Part shown: positions 47,143 through 54,648 of the stretch, piece after piece
Numbering within the stretch: position 1 is the first letter of the stretch
How the letters are laid out: every line of letters begins with the position of its first letter
Position numbers and translations under genes: made by a program
From: Candidatus Fibrimonas termitidis
GTDB lineage: Bacteria > Fibrobacterota > Fibrobacteria > Fibrobacterales > Fibrobacteraceae
Assembly (NCBI GenBank): GCA_001462245.1
Contig: LIUG01000158.1
Coordinates: forward strand, 401-59,921
DNA: 59,521 bases
Direction: 5' to 3'
The notes under the pieces: model-generated
Seen by the model: the letters and a program-made list of their open reading frames with translations, nothing else
What the model was told of the DNA's origin: nothing
The model's database searches: none

Positions 47143-47153
47143 AATATAGTAAA
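47143..47153 (-). promoter_or_regulatory. extended -10-like element TTTACTATATT upstream of the mutA-like operon (about 23-nt leader with SD)
   Basis: Minus strand reads TTTACTATATT-ACCCCTACCGCAAACCTAAAGAGGACACA-ATG(47113). Confidence 0.45.
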
Positions 47154-47163
47154 TTTCTACATT
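47154..47163 (+). promoter_or_regulatory. -10-like element TTTCTACATT, 6 nt before ppiB ATG
   Basis: TACATT 47158-47163, CAAATA, ATG 47170. Directly adjoins the divergent element at 47143-47153. Confidence 0.5.
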
Positions 47164-47169
47164 CAAATA

Positions 47170-47721
47170 ATGTCTGATTTCAACCAAACCGATGCGCCGC
47201 AGGACGGCGAAACTATTGCTGTTATTTCCACAAATCATGGGGAAATGAAACTTCGCTTGTTTCCTGAAATTGTAGGGGAAGCTGCGGAGAATTTTATTGA
47301 GCTTGCTCGGCAAGGTAAATATAATGGAGCGCCTTTTCATAGGATTATAAAGGATTTTATGATTCAGGGCGGGGATTTTGTAAATGGAAACGGCACCGGC
47401 GGCCATGCTGCAAAGGGTGAAGACTCTACTATAGGCGATGTTTATGACCTCCGTTTGAGGCATATCAGAGGGGCCGCTTCTTGGGCTAAGTCCAGTGCGC
47501 CGAATTCCATAGGCAGCCAGTTCTTTATTGTGCATGCAAAAGACGGAACGCATTTTTTAGACCATCCGATAGACGGTCATTCCCACGAAGGCTACACGGT
47601 TTTCGGGCAACTCTACGAAGGTTTTGAAACCCTAGACTCCATAGCAACCGTTAAAACAGACGGCCGCGACCGCCCCAAAGAAGAAGTTGTGATAGAGAGC
47701 ATTGTGGTGGAAATTGTGTAG
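47170..47721 (+). CDS. ppiB: cyclophilin-type peptidyl-prolyl cis-trans isomerase
   Basis: FHRIIKDFMIQGGD...GSQFFI...GYTVFGQ. Confidence 0.88.
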   Translation: MSDFNQTDAPQDGETIAVISTNHGEMKLRLFPEIVGEAAENFIELARQGKYNGAPFHRIIKDFMIQGGDFVNGNGTGGHAAKGEDSTIGDVYDLRLRHIRGAASWAKSSAPNSIGSQFFIVHAKDGTHFLDHPIDGHSHEGYTVFGQLYEGFETLDSIATVKTDGRDRPKEEVVIESIVVEIV

Positions 47722-47724
47722 TGT

Positions 47725-47734
47725 TTTCTACATT
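47725..47734 (+). promoter_or_regulatory. -10-like element TTTCTACATT, 7 nt before serC ATG
   Basis: TACATT 47729-47734, CCCCCTC, ATG 47742. Sits just after the ppiB stop. Confidence 0.5.
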
Positions 47735-47741
47735 CCCCCTC

Positions 47742-48842
47742 ATGAATAAAATAGTTTACAATTTTAGCGCGGGTCCCAGCACCCTTCCTAAGCAGGCTAC
47801 GGCAGAAGCTGCTGCGGCTATTGCGGATTTTGCCAGTACCGGTATCGGTATTATGGAGATGAGCCACCGCACCAAGCCCATAGAGGGAATGGTGGCAGAA
47901 ACCGAGTCTCTTTTGCGAGAACTCTTGTCAATTCCTTCGGGTTATGAAATTCTGTTTTTGGGCGGCGGGGCTTCCTTGCAATTCTGTATGGTGCCAAGTA
48001 ATTTGCTGGACTCAAATGCAAGCGCAGATTACACAGATACGGGCGTGTGGGCTAATAAGGCGTTAAAAGAGGCTAAAAAATTCGGTAAGGTAAATGTGGT
48101 TTGCTCTTCCAAAGAAAGCGTATATAACCATATTCCAAAAAACTTTGAACAAACTTCGGGCGCAACATATTTGCACGTAACAAGCAACAATACAATTTAC
48201 GGAACGCAATGGAAGGAATTCCCTAAGGCAAATACCTATTTGGTTTGCGATATGAGTTCGGATATTTTGAGCCGCCCTATAGATGTTTCCAAATTCGGGC
48301 TTATATATGCAGGTGCGCAAAAAAATATGGGGCCTGCAGGCGTGGCTGCCGTTATAGTTCGCTCCGATATTCTCGGCAAAGTACAGCGCGATATTCCAAC
48401 AATGCTGGATTACCGCACTCACATTCCCGAACACTCGATGTTCAACACCCCGCCTGTGTTTTCCATTTATGTGGTGAACAGGGTTTTGCACTGGCTCAAA
48501 AATCTTGGCGGAGTTGCCGCTATGGAAAAAATAAACATCAAAAAAGCGAACCTGCTTTACGATGCTTTGGATAATTCAAAATTATTCAAAGGCACCGCCG
48601 CAAAAGAAGACCGCTCCACGATGAACATTCCTTTTGTGTTCAGAGAAGAAGCCGTTGCCGCAGACAAAAAAGAGGCGGTGGAAAAAAAGTTCCTCGCTAT
48701 GGCACAGGAGAAGGGTTTGGAGCAGTTGAAAGGGCATCGCTCGGTAGGCGGGTTTAGAGCCAGCATTTACAATGCGATGCCGATAGAAGGTGTTGAAGCG
48801 TTGGTTGGATTTTTAGGCGAATTTGAGAATCTCGCTCATTAA
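47742..48842 (+). CDS. serC: phosphoserine aminotransferase
   Basis: YNFSAGPSTLP, and GAQKNMGPAGV (PLP Lys). ATG 47742 preferred over GTG 47721. Confidence 0.92.
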   Translation: MNKIVYNFSAGPSTLPKQATAEAAAAIADFASTGIGIMEMSHRTKPIEGMVAETESLLRELLSIPSGYEILFLGGGASLQFCMVPSNLLDSNASADYTDTGVWANKALKEAKKFGKVNVVCSSKESVYNHIPKNFEQTSGATYLHVTSNNTIYGTQWKEFPKANTYLVCDMSSDILSRPIDVSKFGLIYAGAQKNMGPAGVAAVIVRSDILGKVQRDIPTMLDYRTHIPEHSMFNTPPVFSIYVVNRVLHWLKNLGGVAAMEKINIKKANLLYDALDNSKLFKGTAAKEDRSTMNIPFVFREEAVAADKKEAVEKKFLAMAQEKGLEQLKGHRSVGGFRASIYNAMPIEGVEALVGFLGEFENLAH

Positions 48843-49418
48843 ATCCTTATAGGTTTCCACAGCTCTAAACTGTGGAAATTCTTTTTTCACAGTGTCGGGG
48901 GCGCAGAATAAACATGCCTTGTCTGCGGCTTTTAGCATTTCAATATCGTTATAAGAATCTCCGGCGGCAAACACACTGAATTTGAGCGATTTAAATGCCT
49001 CCACCGCGTGCTGCTTTTGATTTTTTTGCCGCAATTTGTAGCCGGTGATTTTATCATCTTTTGTTTCCAGATTATGGCAAAATAGGGTAGGGTAGCCTAA
49101 TTTTTTCATTATCGGGTTTGCAAATTCGGCAAAGGTATCCGATAAAATTATCACCTGATAAATAGAACGGAGTTCGTTTAAAAATTCCTTTGCGCCTTCT
49201 AAGAGCGGCATATTCTCTATAACATTTTGAATGTCCGGAAGTTTTATGCCTTGCTCATCTAAAATTTTCAGGCGATGCAGCATTAATTCATCGTAGTTGG
49301 AAATGTCACGAGTTGTTAGGCGAAGAGCGTCTATTTTTGTTCGCTCGGCAACGGAAATCCAGATTTCCGGCGAAAGAACGCCCTCTAAATCAAGGGCTAT
49401 GATACATGGATTGGGCAA
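48813..49418 (-). CDS. thrH: phosphoserine phosphatase / homoserine phosphotransferase ThrH (HAD)
   Basis: IALDLEGVLSPEIWISVAERTKIDALRLTTRDISNYDELM...VIILSDTF...AAGDSYND closely resembles Pseudomonas ThrH as I recall it. TTG start; 30-nt convergent overlap with serC. Confidence 0.8.
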   Translation of the reverse strand: MPNPCIIALDLEGVLSPEIWISVAERTKIDALRLTTRDISNYDELMLHRLKILDEQGIKLPDIQNVIENMPLLEGAKEFLNELRSIYQVIILSDTFAEFANPIMKKLGYPTLFCHNLETKDDKITGYKLRQKNQKQHAVEAFKSLKFSVFAAGDSYNDIEMLKAADKACLFCAPDTVKKEFPQFRAVETYKDLMSEILKFA

Positions 49419-49429
49419 AGCTTACCTCT

Positions 49430-52060
49430 TTATTCTGCTTCTTGTTCTGCGGCAGTATTGTCAAATGCGTGCCATGCGGAATTGCAAGCCGAGTTAAAAC
49501 GTTTCCATAAGGCTTTAGCCAGATGCATGGAAACATTGCCGGATTCTCTCCACGCATTCCTCAATGCATTTGTTTCGGAAGCAACTTCTGCACGAGTGAG
49601 GGATTGGCTCTGCGCCTTTATCAAAAGCGCCTCTGCCTGCCTGCACAATTCCTCTTTCTTTTGCGCATTTATTTTGTCCAAATTGCCTCTGATTTCCTTT
49701 TGATCATTGTAAAGGGAGAAAAAGGAACTTACGAGTTCGGAAAATTTACCGGATATTTCGGTTTCCGCTACTCCGCAGCGGCCTGTTTTTTCCCACTCCG
49801 CTTGCAAGTTGCGAACCGTTTGCAGGGTTTTGAATTTAAAGTTGCCTTGTTCCAGAATATTTTTCAACTGCTCCATTAAGCCATGCTTTACTTCCCAGTT
49901 TTTATCCAGTTCCTTTGTGATTTCCGGGTTGCTTTTTGAAGCAGCTTCCCATATACGGTCGGAAACGGTATAATATCTTTCGTTCAATTCTCTGGAAAAA
50001 CCGTTGTTTTCAAGTGCCTTCCATTCTTCTTCTATAGCCTTCCATGCTGCGATGGATTCTGCGCTTGAGGCATCAAAATTCAGATTTTCAAGTTTTATGC
50101 ACACTTCTTCCCGAGTTTTTCTGGAATTGTCAAAAAAGGCGTTTCTGTTTTCAAAGAATGTATCGCTCGCTTTCTTAAACCTTTGCAATAATTTCTCGTA
50201 CTGTTCAACCGGAACGGAACCTGCGGCTTTCCAGTCTGCGCTTAATTTTGTGAATGTCTTTGGGGTGTTTTTCCAGTCGGTGGAATTTGCAAGAGCTTCT
50301 GCCTCTTCGCAAAGTTTTTCCCTTGCCGCAATGCGCTCGTTTATCTGTTCGCTAATGCGTTTTTTATACGCTTCCTGTTTTTTGAAAAAGGCATTTACCG
50401 CTGTTTGGTAGCGTTCCCAAATAATATGGTTTTGTGTTTTGGGAACATAGCCGGTATTTTTCCATTTCGCTTGCAATTCCTGAATTTTCTTTAATTGCTC
50501 TACCCACTCGCCTTCTGCTCCGGCAAGTTCCTCTATTTGAGCGCATATATCTTCCTTGATTTTCAGATTTTCTTCTTGACCCTTTTCCTGCTCTTTTAAT
50601 AAAGGCGCAACGGAATCCATAATTTTGTCCAGCCCCTCTTTGAAGCGCGGCCAAAGTTCTTGAATTTTTGTTGCTGGCATATAGCCCGCCGTTTTCCATT
50701 GCTCAAGCATGGCAAAGGCCTTGGTTCTGTTTTCCAAAACAACAGGAGCATTTGCAAGTTCTTCAATATCTTTTATCAATTGATCTCTTATTTGCTCGGC
50801 GTGCCAAGATGCCCATTCCTGCAAGTTTTGGAAGCGGCTTGTCGCTGCTCTGAATTCCTTGTAAATATTTTTGAACTGGGTTTTCTTTTCGCCTACAACT
50901 TCTTTCCAGTCGTAAAAAGCTTGCCTTATGCTTTGGGATATTTCATTGAAATCGCCGTTTTCATCCAACTCATTTACCCTATCTATTATAGCTTGCAACA
51001 GCGGCAGTTTTGCGCCGTATTCCTCTTCGCTTAATTTATCTTCTCTATCCTCCTTGTCATCTCTGTCTTCTTTAAGCTCGGTGGATTTTTCTGCGCCTTC
51101 CGGGGCTATGCTTGCGTTTGAAGCTTCTTGTGCTTTTCTTTCCATCTCTTCTTCCTTCATTTTTGCTTCTTGTGCTTTTCTCTCTTCTTCTGCTCTTTTC
51201 GCTTGTTCCTCTGCTTCCCGTTTGGCTTGTTCTTCTGCGATGCGGGCTTTTTCTGCGGCAACATTTTCTTTGTGTTTTTCAAAGACAGAATTTAAATCCG
51301 AGTTTTGCTCCAAGCCTAGGGCAGAGGCTTCTTTGCCAAGATTTTCCGCTTCTGCGCAAAGCCTTTGCATTTCAGGGTCTATAGATAGAGTATCCTTGTT
51401 TTCCAATAATCTTGCGGCGTGGGAGAGCAGTGCTTTTTGTTTTTGAGCCAGCAAGTTTGCCTGTTCCTTTGCCGGATCTATTTTTGAAGCCTGTATTGCG
51501 CCATAAATTTCTTTTGCTTTGTTGCGCACAGATTCGAACTTTGAGCTGTCCTTGCTGTTTGCAATTTCTTCAAGGAGGCTTTCGCTTTGCAATTTTGCGA
51601 GGGCAGCTAGAGCTACCGACTCTTGCTGGTCTCCTTTTGCCACTGCTGCCAGCACCCCTTGCTTGGAGCAACTGTTCAGCAATTCCATGCGAACCTCCGC
51701 AGATTTCGCTGAGGTGAGCAGCTCGTCTTTGTCTTTTGCTTGCAATTCCTCTAATATTTTGCGAATTTCTTCGGTTAATTCGCCGCTATGGTTTTTTACC
51801 GTTTTAAGCCAGAATTTTCTCAGAGTTTCTTTTATCGCATTTTGCACAGAAACATCCTGCTCCGTTTTCAATAAATCGCTCAAATGCGAAGATGAAGATA
51901 TTTTTTGAACAGCTATTTTTCTTATATCTGCGTCTTCATCATTTTTAGCTACATCCAAAAGAGCATCTAAATCCGTAGAACCCAAACTTTGAACCGCCTG
52001 CCTGCGTACAACCAACTCTGAACTTTGCCATTTTGGCTTAAATACATCCAATAAACTCAT
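49430..52060 (-). CDS. DUF349 repeat protein with N-terminal HEAT-like region and Glu/Lys-rich coiled coil
   Basis: N-terminal FKPKWQS. Repeated W..W...G..P......LW.RF...D.FF modules; EEQAKREAEEQAKRAEEERKAQEAK tract. Confidence 0.6.
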   Translation of the reverse strand: MSLLDVFKPKWQSSELVVRRQAVQSLGSTDLDALLDVAKNDEDADIRKIAVQKISSSSHLSDLLKTEQDVSVQNAIKETLRKFWLKTVKNHSGELTEEIRKILEELQAKDKDELLTSAKSAEVRMELLNSCSKQGVLAAVAKGDQQESVALAALAKLQSESLLEEIANSKDSSKFESVRNKAKEIYGAIQASKIDPAKEQANLLAQKQKALLSHAARLLENKDTLSIDPEMQRLCAEAENLGKEASALGLEQNSDLNSVFEKHKENVAAEKARIAEEQAKREAEEQAKRAEEERKAQEAKMKEEEMERKAQEASNASIAPEGAEKSTELKEDRDDKEDREDKLSEEEYGAKLPLLQAIIDRVNELDENGDFNEISQSIRQAFYDWKEVVGEKKTQFKNIYKEFRAATSRFQNLQEWASWHAEQIRDQLIKDIEELANAPVVLENRTKAFAMLEQWKTAGYMPATKIQELWPRFKEGLDKIMDSVAPLLKEQEKGQEENLKIKEDICAQIEELAGAEGEWVEQLKKIQELQAKWKNTGYVPKTQNHIIWERYQTAVNAFFKKQEAYKKRISEQINERIAAREKLCEEAEALANSTDWKNTPKTFTKLSADWKAAGSVPVEQYEKLLQRFKKASDTFFENRNAFFDNSRKTREEVCIKLENLNFDASSAESIAAWKAIEEEWKALENNGFSRELNERYYTVSDRIWEAASKSNPEITKELDKNWEVKHGLMEQLKNILEQGNFKFKTLQTVRNLQAEWEKTGRCGVAETEISGKFSELVSSFFSLYNDQKEIRGNLDKINAQKKEELCRQAEALLIKAQSQSLTRAEVASETNALRNAWRESGNVSMHLAKALWKRFNSACNSAWHAFDNTAAEQEAE

Positions 52061-52111
52061 AATAACCTCTTTTTTTTCAAAAATATATTTGGAAATTTAA
52101 TTTAGAAAAAT

Positions 52112-52729
52112 TCAGCACTTCCTAATGACTCCTGCTAAAATTCCCGCTATGGAGAAATCTTCGCCTTTGCTTACGGTAATCGGGTGGTATTTGGGGTTGG
52201 ATGCCCTAAGCTCTATTCTGTTCTCTGCGGGGTAATAGCGCTTTAACGTGGCATCTCCGTCTATTATGGCGGCTATTATTTGCCCTCGCTCTGCGTTTTT
52301 TTGCATCCGGATTATTGCGATATCGCCGTTTAAAATGCCGTCTCCGGTCATGGAATCGCCTTGTACCCTAAGGGCGAAGATTTTGGAACTGCGAGGAAGC
52401 ACAGACTCATCTATGGTAAGGGTTTCTTCTATGTTTTCTTCTGCCAAAATGGGTGTGCCTGCCGCTATGCGACCTATTACAGGCAACCTTGCGGTATTGG
52501 CGGGCGCAGGGAACACGCTTTGGGGGAGTGCTATTCCCCGAGCCTGCTTAGAGAGCTTTTTTATGAACCCTTTTTTTTCAAGGGCATTTAGGGCATCTCT
52601 AACCCCATTGGTGCTTTTTATGCCGAATTCATCGCCTATTTCGCGAATTGTCGGCGGGTATTTACGCGAAAGAATAAATTCTTTCACGTAATTGTAAATA
52701 TCCAACTGCCTAGCTGTAACTTTTTTCAT
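52112..52729 (-). CDS. lexA: LexA repressor
   Basis: LTARQLDIYNYV...YPPTIREIGDEFGIKSTNGV wHTH, with cleavage/catalytic motifs ALRVQGDSM and ATLKRYY. ATG 52729 preferred; the MYIYY extension is translated promoter. Confidence 0.92.
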   Translation of the reverse strand: MKKVTARQLDIYNYVKEFILSRKYPPTIREIGDEFGIKSTNGVRDALNALEKKGFIKKLSKQARGIALPQSVFPAPANTARLPVIGRIAAGTPILAEENIEETLTIDESVLPRSSKIFALRVQGDSMTGDGILNGDIAIIRMQKNAERGQIIAAIIDGDATLKRYYPAENRIELRASNPKYHPITVSKGEDFSIAGILAGVIRKC

Positions 52730-52735
52730 ATAGTA

Positions 52736-52745
52736 AATATACAAA
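52736..52745 (-). promoter_or_regulatory. -10-like element TTTGTATATT, 6 nt before lexA ATG
   Basis: Minus strand reads TTTGTATATT-TACTAT-ATG(52729). Confidence 0.5.
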
Positions 52746-52777
52746 AATACTGAACAAAAAGGCAGAGAAAATTCGGC

Positions 52778-53596
52778 TCAATTAAATAGGCATTGATTAT
52801 CGAAAGAAACGTTTTCGCTGTTTTCGATTGGTTCTTCGGTTTCGTTGCCGCTGAAGGTTGAGCTTTTTACGGAAACATCTCCGTCAGAAACGGAGAACAT
52901 TTTTCCCCCGCTATTGTTAAGGAACTGGCAGTTCTCAAATGACAGATTCTGTGCATCAGAGACGTAGACTAGGCTATACCACCCCTGATTGTCGTAAAAC
53001 CGGCATCTTTCAAAAGATATGTCCCGGCTGCCGTTGTAAATGCTCATGATAGCCTCTGTGCATTCGTAAATATGGGAATCAGCAACCTTCACGTCGGAAA
53101 CATTATTGAGCATAATCCCTTCCGTGCCACTGCCATACATATAGGTGCCGGTTATTTTTATGTGCTGCGAGTTTTCAAAATAGAAGACTCCGCCCGAACA
53201 ATAGCTATCCCCGGTATGTCCCGCTCTCAGGTTCTCAATTGCAATATCGCTGCTTTCGAAGAAATTGAACACATTGTTCCAGGGCGGATCTATGACTATC
53301 TCGGTCATCTTGCTGCCGCTGGCGCCTGCGCCGCGAATGGTGAGATTCTGAACCCCATCAATAATGAGTGGGTCATCCCCAATCACTTCTGACAGATTGT
53401 AATAGCCCGGCGCTATCTCTATAATTCGGTCTGAGCCTAAGGCTTCCAGAAATTGCTGTGCGTTCGACACGGTTATGACGTCACTTTTGGAATCACCGCT
53501 TGACGAGGATCCAAAAATGTCATCAATAATTGAATGATCGCCGCAGCCTATAAGCACGAAAAACAGCGGAATAAAAAAGAGTTTTTTCATTGCCAT
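52778..53596 (-). CDS. lipoprotein with right-handed parallel beta-helix repeats
   Basis: Lipobox FFVLIGCGD. Periodic repeats NLTIRGAG / SSDIAIENLRAGH / SQHIKITGTYMYG / VSDVKVADSHIYE / ISFERCRFYDN / NLSFENCQFLNN. Confidence 0.55.
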   Translation of the reverse strand: MAMKKLFFIPLFFVLIGCGDHSIIDDIFGSSSSGDSKSDVITVSNAQQFLEALGSDRIIEIAPGYYNLSEVIGDDPLIIDGVQNLTIRGAGASGSKMTEIVIDPPWNNVFNFFESSDIAIENLRAGHTGDSYCSGGVFYFENSQHIKITGTYMYGSGTEGIMLNNVSDVKVADSHIYECTEAIMSIYNGSRDISFERCRFYDNQGWYSLVYVSDAQNLSFENCQFLNNSGGKMFSVSDGDVSVKSSTFSGNETEEPIENSENVSFDNQCLFN

Positions 53597-53711
53597 ACCT
53601 CTTGGTTAGATTTATTAGGAGTAAATATAGAAAACGTCAACATATGTTTGCAAAATGATGTTTTGAAAAATTTTTTGCGGGATTTTTCCCTTTTTTTGCG
53701 TCTAATGGGGC

Positions 53712-54572
53712 ATGGATAAAAATTTGAATTTTAGGCAAATGCTGCAAATAGCGGCACAGTCGGATTTACCTGCTTTAATTACGGGTGAATCCGGTACAGG
53801 GAAGGAACTTGCTGCAAGGGAGCTTCACTCTTTGGGTATAAGAAGGGCCAAGCCCTTTGTGGCGGTTAATTGCGGAGCGGTTTCTGCCGGTATTGCGGAA
53901 TCGCTTTTTTGCGGCCATGTGCGGGGCGCATTCACCGGAGCGAACAGGGAGCAACTGGGTTTTGTTAGGGCGGCAAATGAAGGAACTCTTTTTTTGGACG
54001 AGGTGGCGGAACTTCCGCTGGAAGTTCAAAAGTCTCTTTTGCGCATTTTGCAAGAAAAAACCGTTATGCCCGTTGGCAGCCAAAGAGAGGTTCGGGTTGA
54101 TTTCAGGTTGATTTGCGCAACTCACAGGAATTTGCCGGCTATGATTGAAAGAGGCTTTTTCCGGCAGGATTTATATTTTAGGCTGGCTACCTTGCCGATA
54201 AAAATCCCTCCCTTAAGAGAACGGGACGATTTGCAACGCATAGCGCAGTCTCTTTGGCGTGGGCAGGAGCCATTGACGGAACAAAATTTCAAGACTTTGC
54301 AGAGTTATTCTTGGCCCGGAAACATAAGGCAGTTGAAAAATATTTTGGAGCGTTATGCCCTTTTCAAAGAGCACGGCTATAATTTAGAGTCCTTGATAAA
54401 ATCGGAAATTCAGCAAAATCTGAAAGAGCCGCCCCCGCCGCAATACAAGCCAAGCGTCGATAAAATTAACGAGAAAATACAAGACTGCAATGGCAACAAG
54501 AGCCATGCGGCTAAGGGGCTGGGAATAAGCAGGGGGAGTTTGTATTATAGGCTGAGGAGATTTAGGGAGTAG
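53712..54572 (+). CDS. sigma-54-dependent activator (bEBP) consisting only of AAA+ and HTH domains
   Basis: ITGESGTGKELAAR (Walker A), GAFTGA, EGTLFLDEVAEL (Walker B) and a C-terminal Fis-type HTH (HAAKGLGISRGSLYYRLRRF). The ORF begins about 20 residues before Walker A; there is no receiver or sensor domain. Confidence 0.85.
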   Translation: MDKNLNFRQMLQIAAQSDLPALITGESGTGKELAARELHSLGIRRAKPFVAVNCGAVSAGIAESLFCGHVRGAFTGANREQLGFVRAANEGTLFLDEVAELPLEVQKSLLRILQEKTVMPVGSQREVRVDFRLICATHRNLPAMIERGFFRQDLYFRLATLPIKIPPLRERDDLQRIAQSLWRGQEPLTEQNFKTLQSYSWPGNIRQLKNILERYALFKEHGYNLESLIKSEIQQNLKEPPPPQYKPSVDKINEKIQDCNGNKSHAAKGLGISRGSLYYRLRRFRE

Positions 54573-54579
54573 AAAAAAC

Positions 54580-54595
54580 TGGCACGCTTTTTGCA
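54580..54595 (+). promoter_or_regulatory. sigma-54 promoter (-24/-12) for flgE
   Basis: TGGCACGCTTTTTGCA, identical to 3438-3453 (shared context AAAACTGGCACGCTTTTTGCAT). 53 nt upstream of the flgE ATG with SD AGAGGAG. Confidence 0.85.
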
Positions 54596-54648
54596 TTACC
54601 AAAAAATATGAGAAGTAGTCTCAAAAAGCTTAACCAGAGGAGTTAACA

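Noticed and set aside
52745-52777. LexA/SOS box upstream of lexA (CTGCCTTTTTGTTCAG, CTG-N10-CAG spacing).
   Set aside because: It is not palindromic and matches neither the E. coli CTGT-N8-ACAG box, nor the Gram-positive GAAC-N4-GTTC box, nor the TGC..GTGCA-type box I recall for Fibrobacter. No similar site is seen near uvrA. It is too weak to call.
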